Of a DNA stretch of 64,000 bases, positions 1 through 15,299 are shown in pieces. Position numbers and translations under genes: made by a program. The stretch comes from Sminthopsis crassicaudata (taxonomy: Eukaryota), in contig NC_133617.1 of NCBI RefSeq assembly GCF_048593235.1, forward strand, positions 421,766,958 through 421,830,957. The letters are read 5' to 3'. The notes under the pieces were generated by a model that was given only the letters and a program-made list of their open reading frames with translations, did no database searches and was not told the origin of the DNA. Position 1 is the first letter of the stretch. Every line of letters begins with the position of its first letter.

Positions 1-84
1 TCATAGGAGTTCTTATCATTTTTTACTGTTTCAAAATATTAAAATTTAAAAAGCAAACAAAAATAGGCAAGTATAATATTCATT

Positions 85-480
85 ACATTGGTAATTTTTG
101 ATCCAGGGATTCTATTACCAAGCTTATGCTCCAAAGAACTTATTCATAAAAAGAAGTCCCTATATACACCAAAATATTTATAGGACCATTTTGTGTGTGT
201 GTGTGATAGCAAAGAATTGGAAGCAAAGTAGATATCCACTGATTAGAAAATGGCTATCAGCAAATTATGGTACATGAATGTAATAGAATATTATTATATT
301 GGAAGAAATGATCAATATAATGAATACTAGAGGAGTATGGAAAGATTTACATCAATTAACAAAGAGCAAAGTAAATAAAGCCAAGAATGAGTACACATGA
401 CTACAACAACATAAACAAAATGAATAACTACCATCCCCCAAAATCAAAGTCAATGTGTCAAAATTATGAAATATGAAAAT
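85..480 (+). mobile_element. Old L1 3' fragment
   Basis: Degenerate ORF2-end/3' UTR motifs (gatccagggattctattacc, tggtacatgaatgtaatagaatattat). Confidence 0.65.
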
Positions 481-507
481 GATTCAAAAAAGAGAGGATA
501 CTTCTAT

Positions 508-608
508 CAGAGCTTCTTAAATTTTTTCCACTTATGACTCCTTTTCACCTGATAAATTTTTTGTGATCCTGGGTTTATAGGTATACCAACATGTATGTGT
601 GTGTGTAG

Positions 609-646
<38 letters not shown>

Positions 647-750
647 ATATGTATATCAAACATTTGCTGATAATAAATTATAATTTCTCAACCTCCACAT
701 TCAGTTATGGGACTCCATATGGAGTTATGACCCATAGTTTAAGAAGCTGG
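508..750. mobile_element. hAT-like MITE remnant with internal (TA)n/(TG)n
   Basis: Imperfect terminal inverted repeats cagagcttcttaaa / tttaagaagctg. Confidence 0.5.
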
Positions 751-2130
751 AGTTTAGGCTTAATTTTCATCAATAAGGATCATGATAACACTGAGGAGTC
801 AGCTTCCCCTACCTGTCTACAGCTTCTAGTGCCTTACTTTCTCTTCCCTTGAGTCTGCCTCAAATTGAGTCTATAGAGATATGTGTCTCTCTTCTTGATA
901 ATTCTGTCCTTCATACAGACACCCAGTTTTACACTAATATTCTCTCCTCTGTTAGAAGTCTTTTACTACATACATTCACATTAGCACACAAAAACACCCC
1001 GGGCTAATCTGGGTATTACCTGGGTTATAATTGATATGAACTTTTGAAGTAATTTTTTCCTTTGTCCATTTCCTTTTTTGGATAAATGTTTTCAATGTGA
1101 AATGGTTTAGTAGAGTTTGTTTTATTGGGGGGGGGGGGCGGTTTGGGTTTTTTGTTGTGCTTTGTTTTGTTTTTTTAATAAAGTCCCAAATCTGAGAATT
1201 ATGGCAAAGAGATTTTGGCCATAGGAAGAACTACTGGATTGCTGCTGGATTGTTAGAAGAACCACACTCCCCACTACCTATATCCCTCAGGAGCTGGCAC
1301 TGATGAATGGGAGTACAATATAGGAAAATCCTACTTCTGGGACCGGGGATCCACATACAGGTTGCTGGGATTAGGAATGAGGTATCAGGGATGTAAAATC
1401 GAGAACAAAATAAAATTCAGGAACTGGATTATAAAACTGTAAAATAACAGGACTTATAAATAGAAGGCAATAGAAAGAACTGTTTCTGAAATCAGAGCCC
1501 CTGGATTCAAATCCTACTCCTTTCTTAATACTTGTCTCATCTTGAAGAGGCTACCTGATTACTTTAGGCCTCCTATCTCCATCTGTAAAATGAGCTGGTT
1601 AGAGCAGATGGATTTTAAAGCCCCTTCTAACTTTAAATCTATGACTTTGTGATCCTATGACTTTAGAAATTATCTACTTTAGTCCCTGTACATTTTATAG
1701 ATTAAGGAAATTAGGTCTATCAAGTTTTTGAGCAAAGAATAAATCACTGGGCCACTAGGTGGAGCACAAGGACAAAAATAAATCTTTGGAATACAAGTGA
1801 ATAACAAGGAATAATATGAAGATAATTGCTCTTAATATTGAGTTATAAAATTTCTGAATCAGGGTTCCTATTATTCTCCTCTCTAGGACCAGGACTGGTC
1901 CCATATTATGAGATACAACTGAAAAAATTAAATTCTATTAAATAGGTTAGAAATCAGGGGCAAGTAAGAGGATTAGAAAAAATCTTATATATCAATCTAA
2001 TCTACAAGTGTCAAATGTGATCAGCAACCGTCCCTAAAATATAATTAGGAAATAATTATCAAGGGAAATAAAAATATAATCGAACATAAATAACAGCAAT
2101 ATGTTTATTTTTTGTTTGTTTTTGTTGAGG

Positions 2131-2260
2131 CAATTGGGGTTAAGTGACTTGCTCAGGGTCACACAGTTAGAACGTGTTAAGTGTCTGAGAACAGATTTGA
2201 ACTCAGATACTCTTGACTTCAGGGCTGGTGCTCTATCCATTGTGCCACCTAGCTGTCCCT
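2131..2260 (-). mobile_element. tRNA-derived marsupial SINE (WSINE1-like)
   Basis: ggggttaagtgacttg...tttgaactc...gccacctagctg with upstream T-tract. Confidence 0.75.
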
Positions 2261-3754
2261 AATATGTGTTTTTTCTAAGACAATATCTGGCACAAATTTA
2301 TATATGGTTCAATGTCCATCTTCCTCCATTCTGTCCTAGCTTCTGGGAGCACAGTACACAGAGCCTTATTAGCACCATGCCTTATCAGGAAGACTCATCT
2401 TCCTAAGTCTAAATCTGACCTTAAACACTTACTAGTTGAATATCTCTTGGCAAGTCACTTAACCCTGTTTAACTTCAGATTTTCATATTTAAAATGCTCT
2501 GGAGAAAGAATGGCAAACCACTCTAGGATCTTTGTCAAGGAAACCCTAAAATGGAGTTTTCCCCTAAAACAAGCCTAGTACTGAACAACTTCTGGTTTTA
2601 GTTAGTTTAGGTTTAGTTTAGTTTCTAATCCAGACTCCATGACTTTATAGATGAGGAAACTGAGACACAGGCATAGAAAATGATTTTCTTTCAATCATAT
2701 CAACATTTTATGATCATTTAGCCTAATCAGAAAATCCTACAGAACATCATTTCTCCAGAGTAAATTTACTCCTCCATGTCCTGCCTTGGGGAAGAAGGAT
2801 GGAGATGGGAGGCAAAGAAATCACTGAAATCAGCAATCTTTCACCACTCATTCTCCCATATTATGCCATACTATTACTCACTGGGGGAGCAGGTAAGCAG
2901 TTTGCCTTTTAAGGTTGCCCTGCCAACAGGAAATAGATGAAAAAGCAGAACGTCCTCATCCCTTTGGCATTCAGGAAGGTTGAGATTCAGTTGACTTTTT
3001 CTCTCTGTCTGTCTCTCTCTGTCTCTGTCTATCTTTGTTTTTCTCTATGTCTCTGTCTCTCTGTCTCTCCCAACTGTTTTTTATTTTGATTTTGGTTGTC
3101 TTTTATTTTTACCAGTTATGTGTAAAGATAATTTTCAACATTCATTTTTTGAATTTCCAATTTTTTTCTCCCTCCCTTCTTCCTTTCCAAGATGTGAAAC
3201 AATCTGATATAGGTTATACATGTGGTACCTCTTTTAAGGAACTTGGTAGATATCAAGTGGTACAATGGAAACAATCTTATAGGACAATAGGATCATAGAT
3301 CTAGAATCCAAACCCCTCATTTTGAGATGATGATGCTGAGGCTCAGGCAACTGAAATGGTTTGTCCAATACAATACAAGTAGTAACAGACAAAAGGATCT
3401 AAGTTCAGATTCCACTTGTGTGATCACTGGCAAATTTACTTAACCTTTCTGGACCCCAGTTTCCTAATCTGTAAAATGGAAGGTGGGAGTTAGATTATCA
3501 TCAACTACATAGTTCGTTCTATGGTTGTTGTGATGTGATCCTCTACTGTTGTTTAGTTGCTTCAATCATATCCAACTCTTCATGATCCTATTTCTATTTC
3601 TATTAAGTCAAAATAAGTTGTTCAATATCTCTGGGCCCCAGAATCAACAGTATACCAATAATCTAATTTGCTGGAAATAGAATAGAGAGAAAGGGAGAAA
3701 TAGCACTTCCTCAGCCTCTGGTTGGCATCCCTTTTAACTCTTACTTATTTGCCT

Positions 3755-4260
3755 CCTCAAAAAGGACCCACATGTGCAAAATTGTTTATAGCAGGTCTTT
3801 TTGTGGTGCCAAAGAGTTAGAAAATGAGTAGTTGCTTGTCATTTGGGGAATGGCAAAATAAGTTATGGAATATGAAGTAATGGAATATTATTGTTCAATA
3901 AAAAATGAGGAACAAGCTGATTTAGGAAGTCCTAGAAAGATTTACAGGAACTGATGCTGAGCAAAACAAGCAGAACCAGGAATACATTGTACACAGTAAC
4001 TACAAGATTGTGCCATGATCAATTATGAAAGACTTGGTTTTTCTCATCAGTTCAATGATTCAAGGCAATCCCAACAAACTAAAAAATGCTATGTGCATCC
4101 AGAAATAGAACTATGGAGATTGAATGTAAATCAACATATACTATGTTCACTTTTTTCTGTTTTTTCTTCTGGCATGGTTTTCCCCTTTTGTTTTGATTTT
4201 TCTCTCAACACGATTCATAAAGAAATATGTATTTAAAAAGTTAATATATGTAAAACCAGA
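3755..4260 (+). mobile_element. Old L1 3' fragment
   Basis: ORF2-end/3' UTR motifs (atggaatattattgttc, gaactgatgctgagc). Confidence 0.7.
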
Positions 4261-6343
4261 AAAAATAAAACAATTTAGAAAAAGAAAAAAACATATTTTC
4301 CTTCTCTTCTTTCCTGTGTAATGTTCCCTTATTAAACTTCTGTCTGACACTATGCCTGTGGAGTGTAAATAGTCTTTGCCTCAATTGCCTTGGGTTACGA
4401 TGAGGACAATATGTCCTTTGGAAGTTTGTTCTGGGCGTTGTACCTCCCATATGTTCTCTGGACCAAGTGTTGTCTTGTTAACAGTCCATAAATTTGCATC
4501 TGAGCAGGATCTAAGACAAGTAATTTAATCCTCAGGCCTTTCTTTTTTCTCTTAACCTATCCCAAGAATGCCTATCCATTCTCATAGCTTCAAGTCTTAC
4601 CTGTAGCTTAATCCCAACTCCTCTTCTAAGCTCCAAGTCCACATTTCCAGCTGTTGTTAGATATTTCCAGCTATATAATAACAATAGGATAAGATGAGGA
4701 ACTGAATGTGTATGATTTCTTTGGAATAAGGGATTCCCAGATTTAAAAAAAAAAAAAAAAAAAGCTTCCTCTATCAATATATATTGGCTTTCTGTACAAT
4801 TGATAATCTTAGAAAAGCACCAGGCACACTGAAAGCCCAAGCTAACATAACCAATACACTTGAGCTCCTATCTTACTTGCCTAGAGGCCAACTGTTTATC
4901 TACTATTCCACAGTGCCTCCCAAGTAAACCAGAACCACTTAAAACTTAATGTACACCAAATAAATTTCAGCATTTCCCCCTGCTCTGTTATTAGAACTGC
5001 CCATATTTATATATGCCCTTATTTAACTCACAACAATGGTGGAAGGATGGTGATCTGCGCAAAATTATCTCTATTTTGCAACTAAGGAAAACTCAAGTTC
5101 TGAGATGTTAACTAACTTACTTTACATCACAGAGCTAGTATCTAAGGATTTAAATCCAAACCTCCCAGCTCTATATAACCTTTGACTTGAAGGACCAATT
5201 ATATAGGAATCTCTCTTCATTTGTAGAGATTGGTTACAAAATATACCATGCCTTCAGGAGAGGCCAGTGGAGTAGATAAGAGTAGTAAAGAAGAGAGACA
5301 TAATTTCTTGTGGCTTCTAGTTTTCAGAGAGAAGATCCATGATACCAATCTCCCTTCAGGTCACTAACAGGAAAAAAAGAGTGGGAAGAAGATGACATGA
5401 GAAGAACTGGATATCTCTCTTGTGTACATATGTTTGCTACACTAGAAACACTAAGGAATTTTCATTTTGAGTAGATCTGGGACTCTCTCAGTTAAGTTAT
5501 TTCTCCCATTTCCAATGGGAGAATTCAATTATCTGGTAAATATTATGATATGTATACTTTCTTTGATTTCTGTTTTGTTAGATAAATGGATTTCTTTGCT
5601 ATGCCATATAGGTTCATTGGGTCATTTTGGCATTAAAGAATTTGCTTTGTCTTCCACTAGCATTTGGTGGGAAAGAAGTCAAGTCTTGAATATCCAGCTT
5701 GGGATACTTTTCCCCCACTAAAAAACAAACAAACAAACAAACAAAACCACTAATAAGGAAATGAGTTTGAACATGAAAAATTAATTCCCTAGATATTTAA
5801 GAGAACCAATAGATATATTTCTCTTCTCTCTGAGGAGAGCAGAAGAGTCAGCTTCTGCCCTCAACCTCCTGCTTTCCCTTTTGCCAGGAATCAATTTCCC
5901 TTGAAGAAGAGTGAGAGGGAAGGAGACTTAGAAATTTCTGTGCTTGACTCTTCTCAAGCCAAGTCAGTCAACGCAGTCACTGTACACCTAAATCCAATGC
6001 TCTTTCCATTATACCACACTGTCTCTCACATATCCTATCAACATTGCAAACTCAAATTTTAGCAAGCAGATTTAGCACTTGTCTCTATCCCCTTCCTGAA
6101 CTTTTCTTACAGATTTTGTTTGTCTATTAATTGTGTCATTTCTAGTCATCTAAGCTCAGACAACCAAGGTCATCTTTGTAAACCTATAAAATGACTCCTA
6201 CATCCAAGTCACTAAGCCACCTATCAATTATTCTTTCATTAGTATCCCCTACTGTCAAGGCCCATTGCTACCACTTAAGTTCAGGTGGTCATCACTTCAT
6301 GGTGGTGAGGAAATTGAGGGGATTAGAACAGCAAGTGATATAT

Positions 6344-6934
6344 TGTGGAAATTCAGTGAACCAAACTGATTCCATCTTGTGATTCAATTCTGGAACTAGG
6401 TAAGTTCCTTTTTCTAGTCAATTATGAGTCTGGTCCAACTTCTGTCTTGTGAGAAAAACTTTATTCAGTTATAGGAATTTGGAGAAAACCTAATTGTATT
6501 CTTCAATACAATACAATACTTAGCCCTGCATGACTAGGAAGCTAGACCACCTCTACTTGCTGCTTAAAGACCCTTAACCAAGGACCTAAATTATACTGAC
6601 CAGAAACCTGGTCCGATGCAAAAATTGATGCAAGGTGTTTTCTCACAATTGTACCTCTCAGGCAATTATATTGGAAAAGTAATCCATGCTGCTCAATCAA
6701 TCAAGTGATCCATGTTTCCATATCCCTTTGTTTATTTACAAAAATTTGAGAAGTGTGGTACTTTTTTTTTTTCTGAATTCAGGGAATTGTACCTATTACT
6801 CTCCTCTTCCCAACTGGAAAAGTCTAATTTTTCATCCAATTAGAAATCAGATTACCAAAAATTGTGTTGTTTCTTTTTAATTAATCAATCTTATTTTATT
6901 AATTGGTGTGCCTTGCTTGATAAGTCGATATACA
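6344..6934. mobile_element. Possible solo LTR
   Basis: TG...CA ends, ttccatcttgtg motif near the start, interrupts L2-like sequence; no TSD found. Confidence 0.35.
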
Positions 6935-8071
6935 TAGTCAAAACTTTGTTTCCTCAGACATTTCATTTTTCACCCTGTCACACTTGATTAATTGATTTCA
7001 ATTCAATCGAAGCACTTTCTATGTGTATGTCACTGTGCTAAGCAACAGAGATACAAAGGCAAAAGTTCTGCAGATATCTCAATATTCAAGACAGAACTAG
7101 AATAAGCTACAAAGCTAGGGATATAAGATACATAACAATGGCTTGATGGTATAATGGGGTCTTTAAGGTCACAGGGCATTGAGCCATGGGATGTCTCCCT
7201 CACCAGCAGAATTCTTCTCTAATACTTTTGAAGCTTTCCCTTCCCACCCCCTCACCAGCAAAGAGCTGGTCTTTTCTTGAGACTCCTATAACATTTATTA
7301 TTTGAATCATTCATTTGGAACTTAATATTTACTGCCTTATATTGCTATTTTTTTGAAACCATGTATCTAATATTTTCAAAGAGAATATAAGTTTCTCAAT
7401 GGCAAGGAAAAGGCTTTATGGTCCTCAAAAGAGGTGTTCAATCAATTCTTCCATGCCCATAAAATCACAGATTTAGAACTGAAAGAGACCTTGCGGGTCA
7501 TTTAGTCAAATTCTTCTTCCCATTTTACAGAAAGAGAAACTAGAGGGGTCAGAGAAGAAAAGTGATTTGCCCAAGAAAATGCAATGGAAAGGTGGAATTT
7601 GAACCAAGCTCCTTGAGCTCCAAATGCAACTCTTTTTAATGAACCACAATGGCCCACCCTCTCTTAGTTGATGTTTACCAAAATCATAGCTTTCCCAAAG
7701 ATGAATGAGAAAAAAATGTTTGGTCATTAATTTTCCCCAGAAAAATGACTTGCTAGCTACCACAGAGTTGCCTGCACAATGTTTATATGTCAATTTGGAG
7801 TTCTCCAGGACAAGTGAAGAGGAGAAGAAACATGTCTGAATGATGAAGTGTTTGTTCTTCAGTTCAGGTTCTTTCCTGACCTCAGGTAACTCTCACACCC
7901 TCAACAGAAGAACCATGAAAGAGGAGAAAGAAGAAGTATACTCATTTCTTTTTTTTTCTCTTATAAGAAAAATATAAGAAAATGTATTTTTAAATTAATT
8001 TCTTCTTGTTTCCTGTTACATGTAAATAAAAAAATTTTAGCATTAATTATTTTTTAAAAATTTGAGTCCCA

Positions 8072-8876
8072 CACTAATAATACATTGTTGGTAGAGTTAT
8101 GAACTGATTCAACTATTCTGGTGAGCAATTTGAAACTATGCCCAAAGAACTGTCAAACTATGTGTAACCTTTGATTCAGCAGTGTCTCTACTGGGTTTAT
8201 ATTCCAAAGAGATTGTAAGAAAGGGAAAAGAATCCACATATGTAAAAAATGTTTGTAGCAGTCCCTTTTTATGATGGCAAGGAACTGGAAACTGAGTGGA
8301 TGCCCATCAGTGGGGGGATGGCTGAATAAGTTATGGTATATGAATGCCATGGAATATTATTGTTCTATAAGAAATAATTAACAGGATGATTTCAAACAGT
8401 TCTGGAGAGATTTACATGAATTGATGTTAAGTAAAGTGAGGGGAACCAAGAAAACATTGTATGCAGAAATAAAAGATTATGTGATGATCAGCTCTGACAG
8501 TCATGAAAACAACGAGATGATTCAAGCCAATTCCAAAAGATTTGTGATGGAAGGGACCATCTGCATCCAGGGAGAGTACTGTGGGGACTGAATGTGAATC
8601 ACAACATCGTATTTTCACCATTTTTGTTGTTGTTTGCTTGTTTTTTTTTCTCTTTCTAATTTTTTCCCTATTTTGATCTGATTTTTCTTGTGCATCATGG
8701 CAAATATGAAAATATGTGAAATAGAATTGTACATGTTTAACATATATTGTATTACTTGCTATCTAGGAAAGCAGGTGGAGGAAAGGAGGGAGAAAATTTT
8801 GGAACACAAGATTTTTCAAGGGTGAATTTTGAAAACTATCTTTGTACATATTTTGAATATAAAAAGCTATTATTAA
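8072..8876 (+). mobile_element. 5'-truncated L1 inserted into an older minus-strand L1 3' end
   Basis: ORF2-end/3' UTR and A-tail; 16-bp TSD aaaaat(t/a)tgagtccca at 8056-8071 and 8877-8892. Confidence 0.85.
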
Positions 8877-8892
8877 AAAAATATGAGTCCCA

Positions 8893-10068
8893 GATTCTTT
8901 CTTTCTTCATTTTCTCTCCCAACCTTGAGAAGAAAAATAATTTTATATTGAGTATATGTGTGTATTCATATAAAACATTTCCATATTAGCTATATTGCAA
9001 AAGAAAACACAGACCCCCAAAATAATTTTTTTAAGTTTAAAAAATGCTCCATTCATGTGCCATCAATTCTTTCTCTGGAAGTGGATAGCATTTTTCATCA
9101 TAAGATCTTTGGAATTGTCATTGCTGAGAATAGCTAAGTCATTTACAGTTGATCATCACACAATATTGCTGTTACTTTGTGAATCAGTTCATGTAAATCT
9201 TCCCAAGTTTTCTGAAATCATTCTGCCTATCTTTCTTAAGGCATAATAGTATTCCATCGCAATCTTATATCTCAATTTATTTAGCTATTCCCCAATTGAA
9301 GGGCATCCTCTCACTTTCTAATTCTTTTGATCACAAAAAAAGAGCTGCTATAAACATTTTTGCACATGTAGATTATTTTCCCTCTTTTGTGATCTCTTTG
9401 TGATACAGACCCAGAAAGACACTATTGAGTCAAAGAGCATGCACATTTTTATAGCTCTTTGGGTAATGTTCCAGATTGTTCTCTAGAATGGCTAGATCAG
9501 TTCACAACTCCCCCAATAATGCATTGGTGTCCCTATTTTCCCACAACCCCTCCAATATTTATCATTTTCCTTTTCTGTCATATTGGCCACTCTGATAAGT
9601 ACAAGATGATATATCAGAGTTGTTGTTGCTATTATTGACAGCCAATTCTGCTGAAAGTTTTTCTAATATTGAACCACATTTGCATTTGTGGTATAAATTC
9701 TACCTGATCATAGTTTATGGCTTTTGTGATATATTGCTATAATCTCCTTGATAGTAATTTGCTTTAAATTTTTGCATCAATATTCATTACGGAAATTGGT
9801 CTAAATTGGGTTTTGTTTTGTTTTGTTTTTTGCTCTTCCTGATTTAGGTATCAGAAGCAAATTTGTGTTGTAAGAAGTATTTATTAGAACTTCTTTGCCT
9901 ATTTTCCAAATAGTTTATCTTAGTATCAGAATTAATTGTCTTTTAAAAGTTTAGCAAAACATTTTTAGCAAAATGTAATTTACCTACTTATTTCCTTTAA
10001 TTAGATCTACTTTTGCTTTTGCTTTGTCTGAGATCATGATTGCAATTCCTGGATGTGTGTGTGTGTGT

Positions 10069-10118
<50 letters not shown>

Positions 10119-11880
10119 CTCTGCTGAGGCATAATAGATTATGTTTAAGTCCCTCATTTTTATTTTTCGTTTCTCTGTGTCAAATGTGTTTTTTAAATAA
10201 ACAATATATTGTTGGATTCTGCTTTTTAATCCATTCTGCTATCTACTTTCATTTCGTGGGTGAGTTCATCCCATTCACATTCATGTTATGACTATTAACT
10301 GTATATTTCCCTTTGTCTTGTTTTTTCCTTGTTTATCCTTATTTCTATTTCTTTTTAGCCTGTCCTTCCTCAGAAATTATTTTTTTGCTTCTAATCACTA
10401 TTTTCCTTTACCTGCCCTCACTTCTCTAATCCTTTTCCCATTCTACTTCCCTGTACTATAAGACAGTTGGGGTTTCATACCCAACTATGTGTATTATTTC
10501 TTCTTTAAACCAATTCCAATGACAGAAAATTTAAAGCATTGTCTTATATCTATCCCCCGTCTTATCCTTAATTGTAAAAACCCTTCCTTTCATACCTCTT
10601 TTATATGAGTTTCTAATTCTTTCTTTTTCTTCTCCTAATGCATGCTTCTTTTTTGCTTTTTAATTTTATTTGTTTAAATCATCCTTTTAGAGACATCTCA
10701 CATCCATGTCCACTGTCTATGTATACTACTTCTAACTTCCTTAATAAAGAAAAAATTCTCTAGTTACAATTATCTTCCCATATCAGTTTGTAAACTTTTT
10801 TATTTTTATTGATTCCCTAATGGTTTCTCCTTCATGTTTATCTTTTTGTTCCTCTTTTTTTTTGAAAGTCAAATTATATATTTATCTCTGGTCCTTTCAT
10901 CAGGAATGCATAAAAGTCTTTTATTTCATTGAATATTCATTTTTCTCAATTTTGCTGGATAGATTTTTCTTGATTGTAATCCAAGTTCCTTTGCCTTCCA
11001 GAATATCTTATTCTAAATTCTCTGATCCTTTAATGTGAAAGCAACTAAATGTTATGTGATCCTTACAGTGGTTCCATAATATATTATTTATTTATTTATG
11101 GCAATATTTTTTCCTTGCCCTGAGAGCTCTGAAATTTGGCTATAATATTCCTGGGAGTTTTCATTCTGGGAAGTGATCAATGGATTCTATCTATTTCTAT
11201 TTTATGCTCTGCTTCTAGGATAGTTTTTCTTGATAATTTTTTGAAATATGATGTCTAGAGTTTTTTTATATGACTTTCAGACAGTTCAATAATTTATATA
11301 TTATTTCTCCTCAATTGATTTTTTCCAGGTCAATTGTTTTTCCAAAGAAATATTTCACATTTTCTTTAACTTTGTTCATTCTTTTGATTTTGTATTATTT
11401 TTATTTGTGTCTCATGGTATAACTAACTTCTAATTTTTAAAGGATTGTTTTCTTTAGTATATCTCTTTTTCTATTTTGCTAATTCTGCTTTTAAAGTATG
11501 CAGATTTTTATGCCTCTTTTACTAAGCTGTTCACTTTCTTCTCATAATTTTCATGCATCATTTTCATTTCTTTTCCTAATTTTCCTCTACCTTTTAATTT
11601 GATTTTTAAAGCCCTTTTTAAGATTTTCCAAGAATTCATTTTAAATTTGTATCCAATTCACATTTTCCTTAGAAGCTTTGATTATAGCTACTTTGACATC
11701 ATTGTCTTTTTTCTGGGTTTGTGTCTTGATTTTTTTTTTGTCACTATTATATCTTGTTATGGTCATGTTATTTTTTTCCCTGCTTGTTCATTTTCCAAAC
11801 CTATTTCCTGACTTTTACCTTCACATTAAAATTAGGCTCTGCCCAGGGTAGAGGGAGTACCATCCCAATGTGTAGGCCTT
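8893..11880 (-). mobile_element. Old fragmented L1 (3' UTR, ORF2 and ORF1 pieces) with internal (TG)n
   Basis: Degenerate L1 minus-strand motifs; boundaries approximate. Confidence 0.7.
10054..10114. repeat. (TG)n microsatellite, ~30 units with one interruption
   Basis: Seen directly. Confidence 0.95.
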
Positions 11881-11904
11881 TTTTCATATTGTTTTCAAAG
11901 GTTG

Positions 11905-12109
11905 GAGAGGAGACAGAGAAAGAAAATGGAAGAGTGAAGAATGACAAAGTGAAAAAAAAAAGAGAGGGGGAGGAATGAAGGAACAAAGGAAGGAAGGAAG
12001 GAAGAAAAGAACAAAGTAGTGAATAAATGAAGGAAGAAAAGAATGAACAAATGAAAGAAGGAAGGAGGAAGGGAAGAAAAGGAAAAAGAAAGGAAGGAAT
12101 AAATAAAAA
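11905..12109 (+). repeat. Purine-rich (GGAA/GAAA) low-complexity tract running into an assembly gap
   Basis: Seen directly; N-gap 12110-12251. Confidence 0.9.
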
Positions 12110-15100
12110 NNNNNNNNNNNNNNNNNNNNNNNNNNNNNNNNNNNNNNNNNNNNNNNNNNNNNNNNNNNNNNNNNNNNNNNNNNNNNNNNNNNNNNNNNNN
12201 NNNNNNNNNNNNNNNNNNNNNNNNNNNNNNNNNNNNNNNNNNNNNNNNNNNNGTTTTCTTTATAGCTCTAAAGGGAAACATGCTCTGGATGAGGTGGTCA
12301 ATAAAGGACAGGCAAGGATTTCATTGTTGTTGAAAGGTGGTCTAGGGCTGGAGTCACCTACACAAATGAATTTTTTTCAATAACTTCCTGACTGCTTTCC
12401 ACTGGCTAAACTTGAAAAGTTCATGATCCCCAGGGCATTAAAAAGTTGTAAAATACATTCTTATAAACTTGGCATGTGAACCAAGGTATTTACCTTACAC
12501 AGACAAATAGCCTTGTTAAGTAGCTGCTGCTTACTAGGCTTCAAAAATAAGGTGTTAGCATGATTTATATTTATCTACAAGAGGCATATATGTGTTAGTA
12601 TTTGTTTTGACCATGTCCTGTTGCTGATTTCAAATAAAGAAGACTATGTCTCAATAAGCAAGATCTTTACTAATTGGTCAAATAGTCAATAAAAATTTCT
12701 TAAGCATTAAGAGTACACCAGGAACTGTTGCTAAGCAATGGGGACACAAAGAAAGATAAAAAGACAGTTCCTTCTCTCAAGAATTTCGCAGTTACTGGGG
12801 GAGATAACATAACAACAGTTATGTACAAGCAAGCTATTGCAATAAATAAATTAGGAAAGATCAACAGAGGGAAAGTACTAGAACTCATTAAAGATGGATT
12901 TTGGCTGAGACTTGAAGGAATCCAGGGAAAACAGGAAGCAAAGGTGAGGAGGAAGAGTATTTTAAGCATGGGGTCAGCCAGTAGAAATGTAAGGAGTCAG
13001 CAGAGCAATTATCTTTTTTAAGAAACAGCAAGGACAATGACGCTAGATTGCAGAGTATTTAGGGAGAAAGTATAAGGTATAAGAAGATTGAAATTTTCTA
13101 AAAGTATCTTGGAAATAAGTGAAGAGGCAACTGGTATTCACTAGAGGCTAGGCCTAGAGTCAGGAAAACCTGAGTTCAAATCCAACCTATAGTACTTACT
13201 AGCTATTTAGCATTGGGCAAGTCAAGTAATCTTTGTCTGCCTCAGTTTTCTCAATTGTAATATGAAAATAATAATAGCACCTACCTCTCAGGGTTATTTT
13301 GAAAATAGTTTTTTTTTTCTTTTGGTACAGTTTTTCTTGTACAACATGACAAATAAAAAAATATGTTTAAAAGGATTGCACATAATTAATCTATATCAGA
13401 TTGCTTGGAGTCTTGGGGAAGGAGAAAATAAGGGAAGGAGAGAGAAAAATTTAGACCACAAATTTTTCAAAATGAATGTTGAAAACTATCTTCACATGTA
13501 CTTGGAAAAATAAAATATTATTAAAAACAAAAAGAAAAGAAAAAGAAAATCAATGAGATAATATTGATTTTTTTTAAAAGCACTAAGTACAGTGCCTGAC
13601 ATATATTAGGAACAAAACAAATATATGTTTCCTTGCCCCCTTCTCAATAAGATAGGGGAAAGATCACTAGATTTGTAGATCATTTAGCTAAGGATCTTTT
13701 ATAATCATTGAATCTTGATTCAGCTAACCTCTCTGAAATTCAATTTCCTCATCTATAAAATGGAGATAATAATATATATATGTATATATATATACTACCT
13801 ACTTCAGAATTATAAAAATCAAACAAGACAATGAATTTAAAACAATATCAAATTATGAACTTTTTTCAGACATAATTGTTTTTTTTTTATTTTGCTTAAA
13901 TATTCTTATTTTATTATAAGGGAATGTTCATTTGGTAGGAGAAGCAGGGTTTGTAGGAAGAAAAGCCATAAATTACTGTGATGTAAAAACATAAGGTTTT
14001 AATAAAACTGACTTTTTCAGATATTTTGCAATAATTGTCTTTGTTTTCACCATATCACCATAATGAATAACTCTTGTTAAGTAAAAAAGATTCTTTTAAA
14101 AAATGAATGCATGGATGGAGAAATGGAAATATGCAAACTATTATTAAGGTTGCAGGCAATAAGCACCATGAGTGAGTAGATTTGAATCTTCAATGACCTT
14201 TGTTGGTTTTATTGTTGATGTAATTTACTATGCTAATTGATTTCCTAATATTAAACTTTTTTTGCATTCCTGGAATAAACTGAATATATTACAAAGAATA
14301 TTTTAATGTGTTGTTTTTATTAAATTTTTTAACATTAATGATTTTGGCCAATAATTCTTTTTCTCTGACTTAACCTTTCCTGATTTAGATATCAAAACCA
14401 GGTTAGTTGAAAAATGAAATTANNNNNNNNNNNNNNNNNNNNNNNNNNNNNNNNNNNNNNNNNNNNNNNNNNNNNNNNNNNNNNNNNNNNNNNNNNNNNN
14501 NNNNNNNNNNNNNNNNNNNNNNNNNNNNNNNNNNNNNNNNNNNNNNNNNNNNNNNNNNNNNNNNNNNNNNNNNNNNNNNNNNNNNNNNNNNNNNNNNNNN
14601 NNNNNNNNNNNNNNNNNNNNNNNNNNNNNNNNNNNNNNNNNNNNNNNNNNNNNNNNNNNNNNNNNNNNNNNNNNNNNNNNNNNNNNNNNNNNNNNNNNNN
14701 NNNNNNNNNNNNNNNNNNNNNNNNNNNNNNNNNNNNNNNNNNNNNNNNNNNNNNNNNNNNNNNNNNNNNNNNNNNNNTAGAGGCAAAATTTGGCTCATTG
14801 TGATTTCTACCCTTTGATGCTCATTCTGGTCTTTGTAGTAACATAGAATGTCTGTTCTATTTGATAGGAATTTTGTTTTTGAAGAGAGCTTTCAAAAACC
14901 TCTTTTCCAATTTGGATGTGTGTGTATATATATGTGTGTACACAATACACGACCCCCTCACCATCCTGAATGTCCTTCTCTGAATTTACTATGGTCTAAT
15001 AATATTTCTCCTAACACATAGTTTCCAAAATTGATTATAATACCCCAGAATATAGCTAAGATTTATATAGTTTTAAGATTTCCAAAGTACCTTTATGGAT

Positions 15101-15299
15101 ATTATGCTATCTCACTCTTATAATTGTACTGTGAGGTAGATGTTATTATCCTCACCTTAAAAATAGAGAAACTGAGGTTGAGAGAAGCTAAGTGACTTGC
15201 CCAAGGTTATACAACTAGTGTCTAAGGTAGGATTTGAAATCAGATCATGAACTCCAAGTCCAGTACTATATTGTTCTTATATGTGGTCTGACTAGGACT

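Noticed and set aside
11895-14817. ORFs spanning N-runs (also 41873-42088 and 53600-54195)
   Set aside because: Artefacts of assembly gaps and low-complexity purine tracts.
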